Origin: Acholeplasma sp.
Lineage (GTDB): Bacteria; Bacillota_I; Bacilli_A; Acholeplasmatales; UBA5453
Reading direction: 5' to 3'
Assembly (NCBI GenBank): GCA_036677365.1
Contig: JAVBWN010000001.1
Span: 16,664-80,663 of the forward strand
DNA: 64,000 nt
A program made the position numbers and the translations under genes. The notes under the pieces were generated by a model. The model ran no database searches. It was not told the DNA's origin and saw nothing but the letters and a program-made list of their open reading frames with translations. Positions 40,991-51,490 of this stretch are shown here, one piece after another (the first letter of the stretch is position 1; every line of letters starts with the position of its first letter).

Positions 40991-42073
40991 TTAGTGCCTT
41001 GTGTAAATGTCGTTATATTGTCTGTGTACTCGAATGAATGTCGTACACTTGGACAAATCTTTGAGTGTTTTCGCACCCACATAAGTACAGGTCGAACGGA
41101 TACCACCTAAGATGTCTTTCACGGATGTGTCGACATTGCCTTTGAATGGAATCTTAACGGTTCTACCCTCTGAACTGCGGTAATCCGCAACTTCACCTTT
41201 GTGTTTGATCATGGCCGTAGAAGAACTCATCCCGTAAAACTCAACGAACTTTCTCACTTCATAAATCGGTTCAAAGGTTTTCATATCCTTTTGGTGGGTA
41301 TCGTGGTACTCGGTAATGACTTTACCGCCACCCTCTGAGTGTCCAGCAAACATGCCACCAAGCATCACGAAGTCTGCGCCAGCCCCAAAGGCTTTCGCAA
41401 CATCCCCAGGACAAGTACAGCCACCATCGGAGATGATGTGTGCGCCTAAACCATGGGCAGCATCTGCACATTCGATGATGGCAGACAGTTGTGGGTAACC
41501 CACGCCCGTTTGAATACGCGTGGTACATACAGACCCCGGTCCGATACCGACTTTAACGATATCAACCCCACGCAGGATCAGTTCTTGAGTCATATCGGCA
41601 GTGACCACATTTCCAGCGATGATGACGTGTTTTGGATAATCTTTTCTCACCTTGGACACAAATTCACCAAAAGCCTCTGAGTAGCCATTGGCCACATCGA
41701 TGCAGATGAATTTTAAAGATGGGTTATTTTCTATGGTTGTTTTTAGGTTTAAATAGTCTTCTTTAGAAGTCCCAGTAGATACTGCGAAGTATTCAGGGTT
41801 CAAGGTAGGTAATGCTTCAGTGATTTGAGTCGGGGTGTAATTTTTCACCAAACATGTGAATAATTGACGTTCTCCCAAAGCTTTCGCCATTTCAAGGGTC
41901 CCCACACCATCCATGTTCGCTGCCATGATTGGCACGCCAGTCCATGTTTGGGCGGAATGTTTAAAAGTGTACGTACGATTCAAATCGACTTCTTTTCGTG
42001 AAGCGAGGGTCGAACGTTTTGGTCTAATCAATACATCGCTAAAATCTAACTTTTCATCGAGTTCAATACGCAT
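40991..42073 (-). CDS. guaC: GMP reductase (E. coli/eukaryote-like type)
   Basis: MRIE...[43 protein letters not shown]. Confidence 0.95.
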   Translation of the reverse strand: MRIELDEKLDFSDVLIRPKRSTLASRKEVDLNRTYTFKHSAQTWTGVPIMAANMDGVGTLEMAKALGERQLFTCLVKNYTPTQITEALPTLNPEYFAVSTGTSKEDYLNLKTTIENNPSLKFICIDVANGYSEAFGEFVSKVRKDYPKHVIIAGNVVTADMTQELILRGVDIVKVGIGPGSVCTTRIQTGVGYPQLSAIIECADAAHGLGAHIISDGGCTCPGDVAKAFGAGADFVMLGGMFAGHSEGGGKVITEYHDTHQKDMKTFEPIYEVRKFVEFYGMSSSTAMIKHKGEVADYRSSEGRTVKIPFKGNVDTSVKDILGGIRSTCTYVGAKTLKDLSKCTTFIRVHRQYNDIYTRH

Positions 42074-42182
42074 ATATAGGCCTCCCATTAAATTCCATTA
42101 ACAGTATATACGATTTAGTCCGATTTGTGTGAGGTTTTCTAAATATAACGGTTTCATGCAAATTAAAAGACCCGTCAAGGGT

Positions 42183-42731
42183 CTAGTTTTTGGTCTTGTA
42201 AATACGTTCGCTCTTACGCATCGCTGGTTTGTTTTCGATGTGGTGTGTTTCTAAAAAGTGTTCAAAACATTTCTTGCCTAATTCGTAGTTATCGACTTCA
42301 TATTCCAATTCATAATCGACGTTCCCTGAATATTCAATCTTATCAAAGAAGAGTTCGCCATCTTTGTAAGGGGTGGATACACGGTAATTATCCAATGAAC
42401 CAATCAACTTGACGTCACAATCGATGTCGAAATAGTCTTTGGTGTTGAATCCAGCTTCAATCATTTGTAAAGCTTGGGCCTCATCTAAAAGCACATGTTG
42501 TTCAAATGCCCCTTGATCACTGTGGGATTTGAGTGTGACTTTAAAGTAGTTATTGTGCTTCTTACGAATTCTTAATACGGTTTTTTGTTTTCTGAAAAAC
42601 AAGGATTCCGAATCAAAGTAGTAGTTGGTTTGTTTGAATATGTTGTTGTCCAACTCAAACAAACGAATCAGTTCGTTGTATTGTGTTTCAGTTAATGGCG
42701 TTTTAAATTCGATTTCGACATTCGTCTTCAT
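42183..42731 (-). CDS. CYTH-domain protein (YjbK-like)
   Basis: EIEFK, QTNYYFD, LRIR, DYELEYE, KSER. Confidence 0.9.
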   Translation of the reverse strand: MKTNVEIEFKTPLTETQYNELIRLFELDNNIFKQTNYYFDSESLFFRKQKTVLRIRKKHNNYFKVTLKSHSDQGAFEQHVLLDEAQALQMIEAGFNTKDYFDIDCDVKLIGSLDNYRVSTPYKDGELFFDKIEYSGNVDYELEYEVDNYELGKKCFEHFLETHHIENKPAMRKSERIYKTKN

Positions 42732-42812
42732 GTTTATCACCTGTAACTATTATGAACTATTTGGCCAAAAATATCAAGAACTATGATATATTTATAACTA
42801 GGTGATGATACT

Positions 42813-43571
42813 ATGAGATACGCGATTTTACATAAAAACAATGCAGAAAGTTTAGACCTTCGTAAACAGCTTTTAGCCCGTTTTGATGGGATTTATGACG
42901 ATATCAACCCAGAGATCGTTTTCTCGATTGGCGGGGATGGTACGGTATTAAATGTCATTTCAAAATACAATCATTTACTCGATCAAATCCTGATTGTTGC
43001 GATCCACACAGGCACGATTGGTTTTTATACCGAGTTTTTACCAAGTGATTTAGACTGTATTCTCGATTTACTCAAAGGTGAATATCAAACCAACCATTTC
43101 TCCCTTTTACAATATAAAACCGGTCATCATATGGGTTACGCCATGAATGAAGTTTTTGTTTCAGGTTCCCACAAGATGTTAGAAGCGAAAGTTTATATCG
43201 ATGATATTGAAATCATGAACACCAGAGGCAACGGGATTTGTATATCTACACCCACCGGTTCAACCGCCTATAATTATGCTTTAGGTGGGGCAATTGTTGA
43301 CCACGACATCAAAGCAGTTCAATTGACGCTGGCGGCACCATTTGAAACCGTGAAGCACCGTATGGCTTATCCGATTGTACTGTCCGAAAAACACGAGTTC
43401 ATCATTAAACCGAAAAATGTCGATACCGATATCCAAGCCGATAGATTTCATCTAAGCCTCTCCAATGTGAAAGAAATCTGTGTAAAAATATCGAATAAAA
43501 GTGCGAAGTTTTTAAAGAATCCGAATAATGTCTTCGCAGTGCGTATCAAAGATACATTTATTGGCGATTGA
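42813..43571 (+). CDS. nadK: NAD kinase
   Basis: [25 protein letters not shown]. Confidence 0.93.
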   Translation: MRYAILHKNNAESLDLRKQLLARFDGIYDDINPEIVFSIGGDGTVLNVISKYNHLLDQILIVAIHTGTIGFYTEFLPSDLDCILDLLKGEYQTNHFSLLQYKTGHHMGYAMNEVFVSGSHKMLEAKVYIDDIEIMNTRGNGICISTPTGSTAYNYALGGAIVDHDIKAVQLTLAAPFETVKHRMAYPIVLSEKHEFIIKPKNVDTDIQADRFHLSLSNVKEICVKISNKSAKFLKNPNNVFAVRIKDTFIGD

Positions 43572-43689
43572 TAAAACGTTTACATGCTTTTTCATACACA
43601 CTTACATTGTAAAATGCCTTGTTTTTTGGGCATTAAGTGATAAAATATCATTGGAAAGAAAAAAACCTATTATAAGGAGGGTTTATTAC

Positions 43690-44703
43690 ATGGCTATTAA
43701 AGTAGCAATTAATGGATTTGGTCGTATCGGCCGTTTAGCATTCCGTTTAATGCACAACAATCCACAATTCGAAGTGGTTGCATTAAATGACTTATCAAGC
43801 GCAGATGAATTAGCATACCTTTTAAAGTATGACACTGCACAAGGTAGATTCCACGGGGATGTCAAAGTTGAAGGAAACTATTTAGTCGTTGATGGTGTTA
43901 AATCACAAATCATCGCTGAAAAAGATCCAAACAACTTACCATGGGGCGCATTGAATGTCGATGTCGTTCTCGAATGCACAGGCTTATTCTTAGATGAAGA
44001 AAAAGCGTCTGCACACATCAAAGCTGGTGCGAAGAAAGTTGTCTTATCTGCACCTGCAAACACAAAGACCATCAAGACCATCGTTTACAACGTTAACCAC
44101 AACATCCTAGATGGTTCCGAAACCATCATCTCTGGCGCATCTTGCACCACAAACTGCTTAGCACCAATGGTTGAAGTATTAGACAAAGCATTCGGTGTTG
44201 AATGGGGCTTCATGACTACCGTTCACGCGTACACCAATGACCAATCATTGATGGACCAACCACACAAGAAGGGTTATATGACCCGTCGTGGTAGAGCAGC
44301 TGCAGCATCCATTATCCCATCATCTACAGGTGCGGCTAAAGCTGTAGGTAAAGTATTACCACACTTAAATGGTAAATTAGACGGTACTGCATTACGTGTG
44401 CCTACAATCACAGGTTCTATCGTTGACCTTTCTGTTGAACTTAAGAAACAAGTAACTGTAGAAGAAGTCAATGCAGCATTCCTAGCAGCATCCAACGAAA
44501 CATTAGTTTACACCGCTGACCCAATCGTTTCTGCTGACATCGTCGGTTCCGGTTCATCTGTATTTGATGCGAACACCACTCAAATCTTAACCGCAGGTGC
44601 AAAACAAGTCGTTAAAGTCATGGCTTGGTATGACAATGAAATGACATACACAACCCAATTGATCAGAACCCTTGGCTATTTCGCTGGTTTAATTCAAAAA
44701 TAA
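43690..44703 (+). CDS. gap: Glyceraldehyde-3-phosphate dehydrogenase
   Basis: [32 protein letters not shown]. Confidence 0.98.
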   Translation: MAIKVAINGFGRIGRLAFRLMHNNPQFEVVALNDLSSADELAYLLKYDTAQGRFHGDVKVEGNYLVVDGVKSQIIAEKDPNNLPWGALNVDVVLECTGLFLDEEKASAHIKAGAKKVVLSAPANTKTIKTIVYNVNHNILDGSETIISGASCTTNCLAPMVEVLDKAFGVEWGFMTTVHAYTNDQSLMDQPHKKGYMTRRGRAAAASIIPSSTGAAKAVGKVLPHLNGKLDGTALRVPTITGSIVDLSVELKKQVTVEEVNAAFLAASNETLVYTADPIVSADIVGSGSSVFDANTTQILTAGAKQVVKVMAWYDNEMTYTTQLIRTLGYFAGLIQK

Positions 44704-44792
44704 TTCACAACCCATTAAAGACATTTTACTTCGGTAAGATGTCTTTTTTTCTTCGAAAAAGGCCCTAGTGGTGTTATAATAAACATAGAGAC

Positions 44793-44806
44793 TGAAAACG
44801 CTTTAC
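44793..44806. promoter_or_regulatory. cre-like site just downstream of the PEPCK -10
   Basis: TGAAAACGCTTTAC after TGtTATAAT (44772-44780). Confidence 0.65.
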
Positions 44807-44839
44807 TATAATTAGAACAAAGCACCTCGGAGGTAGGAA

Positions 44840-46627
44840 ATGATCAAAAATGAAACATTGTCCAACTGGATTTTTGACATGGCTCAACTGTGTCAACCCA
44901 AGGACATTTATTGGTGCAACGGGTCAGATATTGAATACCAAACCATCGTTGACCAGTTGGTAAAAGACAAAAAAGCTGTAAAATTAAACGAATCCAAACG
45001 TCCCAATAGTTATGCGTTCTTCTCAGACCCAAGTGATGTCGCTCGGGTGGAAGACAGAACGTTCATCGCTTCTATTTTAGAATCTGACAGTGGACCAACC
45101 AACAACTGGTATGAACCTAAAGCCTTGAAACAAAAAATGACTGAACTATACAAAGGTTCGATGGTTGGTAGAACCATGTATGTGATCCCCTTCATCATGG
45201 GTCCAATTGGGGCGAAAATTGCTCAAATTGGGGTCCAACTCACCGATTCACCGTATGTTGTATTAAATATGAGACTCATGACACGGATGGGATCGAAAAT
45301 ATTACGATTGATAGAAAATGGGGCACCCTTTGTCCCATGTGTACATTCGGTGGGTTACCCACTCAATAATAGACCAGATTTACCTTGGCCATCCGCACCC
45401 ATAGAACAAAAATACATCGCCCATTTTCCCGAAGAACGTTTGATTTGGTCCTATGGTTCTGGGTATGGTGGTAACGCCTTATTGGGTAAAAAATGCCTCG
45501 CACTGAGGATTGCGAGTAAGATTGCGAAAGAAGAACATTGGATGGCAGAACACATGCTCATCCTAAAAATAACCAACCCAACCGGGGTATCTAAATTCAT
45601 TCTAGGGGCCTTTCCAAGTGCCTGTGGGAAAACCAATTTAGCCATGTTGGTACCCACCATCCCTGGATGGAAAGTAGAAACCGTTGGCGATGACATCGCT
45701 TGGATCTTTAAAAAGAAAAATGGCAAGTTCTACGCCATCAACCCAGAAAAGGGATTCTTTGGGGTAGCGAAAGGGACATCCTATCACACCAATCCAAACG
45801 CGATGAAGACGATTGAAAAAAACACGATTTTTACAAATGTGGCGTTAACAGAAGATTTGGATGTTTGGTGGGAAGGTATGGGAGAGGCTCCAAATACCTT
45901 GATTGGATGGAAAAAAGAAATTTGGCATAAAGGGGATAATAACCCAGCCGCCCATCCGAATTCACGCTTCACGGTAGGCATTGAACAAGCACCCAATTTA
46001 GCCAAAGAATATGATGACCCAGAAGGGGTTCTCATCAGTGCAATCCTAGTGGGTGGTAGACGTGCAAACACAATCCCACTGGTCACCGAATCGATGGATT
46101 ACAACCACGGCATTTTCATGGGGTCGATGATGGGTTCTGAAATCACAGCGGCTGCGATATCCAATGACATTGGAAAAGTCAGACGTGACCCATTCGCGAT
46201 GTTGCCATTCATTGGTTACCATGTAGCCGATTATTTGTCCCACTGGTTTGAAATGAAATCTGGGACAAAAGAGAAGGATTTACCAAAGTTTTATTATGTG
46301 AACTGGTTTAGAAAAGACGATCAAGGCGACTACATGTGGCCAGGCTATGGCGATAATGCCAGGGTATTAAAATGGATTTTTGAACGCTCAGAAGGCATGG
46401 CACAAGGCGTTCAAACACCGATCGGTATCATGCCGAATTTGGATGATTTTGATACCTCAGGGTTAAATATTCAAAGAGAAACACTACAACAATTATTTGA
46501 AGTCGATAAAGCGGCGTGGCTCAAAGAGATGGCAGAACTCAAAGATTATTATCAAAAATTAGGTGATAAGATGCCTCAAGCACTTTACGACGAACTCGAA
46601 AAACAAATTCAAAGATTAAACGCTTAG
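44840..46627 (+). CDS. pckG: Phosphoenolpyruvate carboxykinase (GTP)
   Basis: FPSACGKTNLAM, GDDIAW, GYGGNALLGKKC, HPNSRF, DPFAMLPF. Confidence 0.96.
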   Translation: MIKNETLSNWIFDMAQLCQPKDIYWCNGSDIEYQTIVDQLVKDKKAVKLNESKRPNSYAFFSDPSDVARVEDRTFIASILESDSGPTNNWYEPKALKQKMTELYKGSMVGRTMYVIPFIMGPIGAKIAQIGVQLTDSPYVVLNMRLMTRMGSKILRLIENGAPFVPCVHSVGYPLNNRPDLPWPSAPIEQKYIAHFPEERLIWSYGSGYGGNALLGKKCLALRIASKIAKEEHWMAEHMLILKITNPTGVSKFILGAFPSACGKTNLAMLVPTIPGWKVETVGDDIAWIFKKKNGKFYAINPEKGFFGVAKGTSYHTNPNAMKTIEKNTIFTNVALTEDLDVWWEGMGEAPNTLIGWKKEIWHKGDNNPAAHPNSRFTVGIEQAPNLAKEYDDPEGVLISAILVGGRRANTIPLVTESMDYNHGIFMGSMMGSEITAAAISNDIGKVRRDPFAMLPFIGYHVADYLSHWFEMKSGTKEKDLPKFYYVNWFRKDDQGDYMWPGYGDNARVLKWIFERSEGMAQGVQTPIGIMPNLDDFDTSGLNIQRETLQQLFEVDKAAWLKEMAELKDYYQKLGDKMPQALYDELEKQIQRLNA

Positions 46628-46644
46628 ACGTTTGGGAGAACACT

Positions 46645-47685
46645 ATGGCAACCATGATGGCAATCATCAAAGCATCTCGTAGTAAAGGCTTAACCATTGT
46701 AGAAAAAGCAGTCCCTGAAACACTCAATGACCATGAGGTATTGATCGAAGTTTTGAGTGCGTCCTTATGTGGTACAGATGTCCACATTTATGAGTGGGAC
46801 CCATGGGCAGCGAACCGCTTGAATCCGCCTTTAACCGTCGGTCATGAATTTTCTGGACGCGTCGTCAAAGTGGGTCCGAAAGTCGATCGTGTGAAAGTCG
46901 ATGACATCGTATCATCTGAAACACACATCGTTTGTGGTCAATGTGAATTTTGTCGCACAGGTCGTGGTCATATTTGTCAAAATACCCAAATCATCGGGGT
47001 GGACCGTGATGGGTGTTTCGCCGAATTTATCCGCATGCCTGAATCCAATTTAATCATTGATAAGAGTGGGGTAGACCCAAAATTCTTATCTGTTTTGGAA
47101 CCCCTTGGTAACGCGGTCCATACAATGTTACACTTCGATATATCCTGTAAGACAGTCGCTGTGGTGGGCTGTGGTCCGATTGGACTGATGGGCATCAATG
47201 TGGCGAAAGCGGTAGGCGCGAAAAAAATCATCGCGATTGAAGTGAACCCATTTAGAATGAATTTGGCGAGAGAACTGGGTGCCGATGTCATCATCAATCC
47301 TAAAGAAACCGATGTGATTGAAGCGGTCATGCGAGAAACCCAAGGTTTAGGTGTCGATGTGGTCGCTGAATTCTCAGGAAATAAAAAAGCGATTGAACAA
47401 AGCTTTAAATACATCAAAAAAGGTGGACACATGTCCTTGCTCGGTATCGCTTCAGAAAAGATAGAGATTGATATTTCAAATGATGTTGTCTTTAAAGGCA
47501 TCACCATCTATGGCGTCACAGGGCGTAAAATGTATGAAAACTGGGATCAAGTCTCCGCATTATTAGAATCCAAAAAAATTCGTTTAGATAAGATTGTCAC
47601 CCATGTCATTTCAATGAAGGATTATGAAGAAGCCTTTAGAATCATGGCATCCGGTAACAGTGGTAAAGTCGTACTCATCCCATAG
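46645..47685 (+). CDS. tdh: L-threonine 3-dehydrogenase
   Basis: CGTDVH, GHEFSG, structural Zn CxxCxxC...C, EPLGNAVH, GVTGRKM; followed by kbl. Confidence 0.93.
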   Translation: MATMMAIIKASRSKGLTIVEKAVPETLNDHEVLIEVLSASLCGTDVHIYEWDPWAANRLNPPLTVGHEFSGRVVKVGPKVDRVKVDDIVSSETHIVCGQCEFCRTGRGHICQNTQIIGVDRDGCFAEFIRMPESNLIIDKSGVDPKFLSVLEPLGNAVHTMLHFDISCKTVAVVGCGPIGLMGINVAKAVGAKKIIAIEVNPFRMNLARELGADVIINPKETDVIEAVMRETQGLGVDVVAEFSGNKKAIEQSFKYIKKGGHMSLLGIASEKIEIDISNDVVFKGITIYGVTGRKMYENWDQVSALLESKKIRLDKIVTHVISMKDYEEAFRIMASGNSGKVVLIP

Positions 47686-47695
47686 GAGGTTAGCA

Positions 47696-48865
47696 ATGGA
47701 TTTTTTAGAAGCCAAGGTCAATGCTTTAAAAGAAGCCGGTATATACCGTGAATTGCCAGTCAACGATACACCGATTGATGCCATCATTGAACTCAATGGT
47801 AAAAAAGTCATCAATTTATGTTCCAATAACTATTTAGGGTTTGCCAACCACCCAAGGCTCATTGAAGCCTCAAAAAAAGCACTCGACCAATATGGTGTTG
47901 GTGCAGGTGCGGTTCGAACGATTGTTGGTAACATGAAAATCCATGAGCAATTGGAAGAAACCATCGCTAAATTCAAAAAAGAAGCAGCGGCACTGGTCTA
48001 TCAAAGTGGGTTTTTATGTAACTTAGGGGTCATTCAAGCAGTCACCACGGAAAAAGATTTGATTTTATCGGATGAACTCAACCACGCCTCAATCATCGAC
48101 GGCGTGAAGTTATCCAAAGCGGATAAAGCGGTCTTTAAACATTCAAACATGGCCGATTTAGAAAGACTTTTGATTGAAAAAAGAGACCAATATGAACAAG
48201 TATTGATCATCACCGACGGTGTATTTTCGATGGATGGCGATTTAGCAAACCTACCTGAAATCGTGAGATTGGCTAAAAAATACAACGCACTCACGTATGT
48301 GGATGACGCGCATGGGTCAGGGGTGCTTGGTGAACATGGTCGTGGGACCGTGGACCATTACCATTTACACGGAGAAGTGGATTTCATCATTGGCACGCTA
48401 TCGAAAGCGATTGGTGTCGTTGGTGGATATGTTTGTGGATCCAAAGCCATGAAATCGTACTTATTACACAGAAGTAGACCTCATCTATTTTCAACCTCGA
48501 TGCAGCCAAGTGCGGCAGCAGCGATCATTGAGGCCTTCACTATGCTTGAATCATCAAACGAATATACGGAAAAACTGTGGGAAAATGCACGCTATTTAAA
48601 ATCCAAACTCCAGGCGATGGGGTTTGATATTGGCCACTCACAAACCCCAATCACACCGATCATGGTGGGAGATGAAGTAAAAACCATGGCATTTTCAAAA
48701 CAATTGTTAGATAATGGTGTATATGTATCAGGCATCATTTTTCCAACCGTTCAAAAAGGCAAGGGTCGAATTCGTGTGATGGTTTCTGCATTACACACCA
48801 AAGCAATTTTAGACCAAGCATTAACAATCATGGAGAATACAGCCAAAAAGATGCATATCCTGTGA
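47696..48865 (+). CDS. kbl: Glycine C-acetyltransferase (2-amino-3-ketobutyrate CoA ligase)
   Basis: SNNYLG, NHASIIDG, DGVFSMDG, DDAHG, TLSKA. Confidence 0.9.
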   Translation: MDFLEAKVNALKEAGIYRELPVNDTPIDAIIELNGKKVINLCSNNYLGFANHPRLIEASKKALDQYGVGAGAVRTIVGNMKIHEQLEETIAKFKKEAAALVYQSGFLCNLGVIQAVTTEKDLILSDELNHASIIDGVKLSKADKAVFKHSNMADLERLLIEKRDQYEQVLIITDGVFSMDGDLANLPEIVRLAKKYNALTYVDDAHGSGVLGEHGRGTVDHYHLHGEVDFIIGTLSKAIGVVGGYVCGSKAMKSYLLHRSRPHLFSTSMQPSAAAAIIEAFTMLESSNEYTEKLWENARYLKSKLQAMGFDIGHSQTPITPIMVGDEVKTMAFSKQLLDNGVYVSGIIFPTVQKGKGRIRVMVSALHTKAILDQALTIMENTAKKMHIL

Positions 48866-48874
48866 GGTGGCCCT

Positions 48875-49339
48875 ATGTTTATACTGGTAGAAACGAAAGA
48901 AAACATCAAGAAAATTTCTAAAATGTCCAGAACCATTTGGACAGAAGCGTATGAAAAAATCTTATCCAAAGAACAAATCGATTATATGCTCACCACGTTT
49001 TTATCTGTACAATCGATCAAAGACCAAATCAATACGGGTTTTGAGTATTACATCATCAAAGACGATAAACCTGTCGGTTTCGCAGCCATCAAAGATGAAA
49101 CCAACAAAATCTTTCTATCCAAAATATACATTTATAAAGAATATCGCAATCAAGGGTTTATGCGCGGATTCATAGAAAAAATCAAAGAACGTAAAAAACC
49201 GATTTATCTGACGGTCAACAAATACAACCTTGATGCCATCAAAGCGTATCAAAAGATGGGTTTTCAAATCAAAAATGAAGTCATTACCGACATTGGTAAA
49301 GGCTACGTGATGGACGACTATGTCTTGGAGCTTGCATAA
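48875..49339 (+). CDS. GNAT acetyltransferase
   Basis: YRNQG, LTVNKYN..AIKAY.KMGF, DIGKGYVMDDY. Confidence 0.88.
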   Translation: MFILVETKENIKKISKMSRTIWTEAYEKILSKEQIDYMLTTFLSVQSIKDQINTGFEYYIIKDDKPVGFAAIKDETNKIFLSKIYIYKEYRNQGFMRGFIEKIKERKKPIYLTVNKYNLDAIKAYQKMGFQIKNEVITDIGKGYVMDDYVLELA

Positions 49340-49992
49340 TGACCTTTAAAGATATTTATCATCAAGCATCGGAAAAACCGTACTTTCAACAACTCAAAGC
49401 ATTCGTTCAATCGGAACGCATGACAAAAACCATATACCCTAAAAAAGAAGATTTATTTAGGGCATTTGACCTCACACCCTTTGATCAAATCAAAGTGGTC
49501 ATCCTAGGTCAAGACCCGTACCACGGAGAAGGACAAGCCCATGGCTTGTGTTTTTCCGTGAATAAAGGCGTAGCGTTGCCACCATCGTTATTTAATATGT
49601 ATAAAGAAATCGAAAGCTCTTTAGGTGTGAAAATGCCTAACCATGGCGATTTATCGAATTGGGCTAAGCAAGGGGTATTGTTGTTAAATACCATCTTGAC
49701 AGTGGAAGCGAACCGTCCACTTTCGCATCAAAACCGTGGGTGGGAAACATTCACATTAGAAATCATTAAAGCCATCAATCAACTCGATCAACCGATATGT
49801 TTCATGTTATTTGGGGCACATGCCAGAAGCTTCAAACCCTATTTAACCCATCCAAAACACCTCATTTTAGAAACATCACACCCTTCACCACTATCGAATT
49901 ACCGTGGTTTTTCAGGCAGTCAGGTCTTTTTAAAGTGTAACCAATTCTTACAAAATCAAGGCGTTCAAACAATCCAGTGGCAGGATTTATAA
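49339..49992 (+). CDS. ung: Uracil-DNA glycosylase
   Basis: GQDPYH, GVLLLN, HPSPLS. Confidence 0.97.
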   Translation: MTFKDIYHQASEKPYFQQLKAFVQSERMTKTIYPKKEDLFRAFDLTPFDQIKVVILGQDPYHGEGQAHGLCFSVNKGVALPPSLFNMYKEIESSLGVKMPNHGDLSNWAKQGVLLLNTILTVEANRPLSHQNRGWETFTLEIIKAINQLDQPICFMLFGAHARSFKPYLTHPKHLILETSHPSPLSNYRGFSGSQVFLKCNQFLQNQGVQTIQWQDL

Positions 49993-50009
49993 TTCCGTGA
50001 TACAATACC

Positions 50010-50105
50010 CTTACAGAGTAATAAGGAAGCGTTAAGTGATCAACCATGGGATGTCGGGTTGGTACGAACACGTAAGTGGCGGTTTCCTTGTGCGTCCGCT
50101 GTAAG
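50010..50105 (+). promoter_or_regulatory. THF (tetrahydrofolate) riboswitch
   Basis: CAGAGTA..GCGTTAAGTG..ATGGGATGTCG..ACGAA..GCGG..GCGTCCGCTG, upstream of a folate ECF S component. Confidence 0.92.
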
Positions 50106-50144
50106 TTTTTATGGTGGATCTCTAGTAGATGGAGGTCTTTTATT

Positions 50145-50660
50145 ATGAAGAAAAGTGTCAAGTTTTTAGCTTTAGCTGGGGTGCTCACTGCACTGTCGGT
50201 TGCGATCGATGTGGTCATCAAGCAATTCATGCCCAGCAACAATTTTGGCTTACCTTATTATGCCATTCCACTCATCATTGGGGGGATTGTCTTAGGCCCT
50301 GTGTATGGCTTAATGATGGGGTTTGTCAGTGATTTTATCGGGTTCCAATTGGCACCTCAAGGCGATTACATTTTATTATTCGCACTCAGTGCCATGGCGT
50401 GGGGATTCATCCCCGGTATGTTATTAAAACGTAAATCTGGTTTAGAAAGAATCCTCCTCGTATTGTTCTTAACCCATGTCTTCGCGACCGCTTCGAATAC
50501 CGGTGCGATGTTCTTATATGGGTGGGGTGAGTATGCGATGGCATCCTTGGCTTTAAGACTATGGATGTTACCAGTGAACGTGTCATTCATCAGTGTCATT
50601 GTGTTTTATTTGAATACACGATTACAGCCCGTTTACGACGATTTCTTGTTTCAAAAGTAA
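50145..50660 (+). CDS. folT: Folate ECF transporter S component
   Basis: LGPVYG...SDFIG motif, multiple TMs, THF riboswitch upstream. Confidence 0.85.
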   Translation: MKKSVKFLALAGVLTALSVAIDVVIKQFMPSNNFGLPYYAIPLIIGGIVLGPVYGLMMGFVSDFIGFQLAPQGDYILLFALSAMAWGFIPGMLLKRKSGLERILLVLFLTHVFATASNTGAMFLYGWGEYAMASLALRLWMLPVNVSFISVIVFYLNTRLQPVYDDFLFQK

Positions 50661-50777
50661 CAAACAAGCACCTACATCCAAGGTGCTTTTATTTTTTATC
50701 ATTAAAATTCAAAAAAATTCAAAAAGATATTCACATCACATTTCAGTAGGTGTATAATGAAGGTGAGGTGATTTTTT

Positions 50778-51490
50778 ATGCTAGAAATCAAAAATGTCGT
50801 CAAAACGTATAACAAAACCAAACGTGCCAACGACAACATCACATTGTCGATTGAAAAAGGGGATTTATTTGGCTTTGTTGGACACAACGGTGCCGGTAAA
50901 ACCACGTTATTAAAAGCCATCGCAGGGATCATTGATTTTGATTCAGGTGAAATCTTAGTGGATGGTTATTCTGTGAAAAAAGACCCACTGTTGGTCAAAG
51001 AACGCATCGCTTATATTCCAGATAACCCAGATATTTATGAGTCCTTGAGTGGGATTGAATACTTAAACTTTATAGGCGATGTTTTTAAAGTCCCTAGTTT
51101 AGAACGTAAATCCATGATTGAAGCTTACGCGAAAAAGTTTGAGCTTGACCAAGTGTTGAACCACCCAATTTCTCTTATTCACACGGGATGAAACAAAAAC
51201 TAGTCATCATCAGTGCACTCATTCATAAACCTAAATTGTTGTTACTAGATGAGCCATTTGTAGGATTAGACCCAAAAGCAGCCTTCTTGTTAAAAGAAGA
51301 ATTTAAGTCACTTTGTGAAGCAGGTTCAAGTATATTCTTTTCTACCCATGTGTTAGAAGTCGTTGAAAAACTATGTAATAAAGTAGCCATCATCAAACAA
51401 GGTAAGATTGTTGCGGGAGGCTATACCCAAGACATTATCAAAGACCAAACCTTAGAACACCTATTCATGGAGATTGCGAGTGAAGCCTAA
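50778..51490 (+). pseudogene. ABC-2 ATPase split by a 1-nt frameshift near 51170
   Basis: ORF1 has Walker A GHNGAGKTT; ORF2 has Walker B LLDEP; adding one T restores ISSYSHGMKQKL. Confidence 0.8.
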
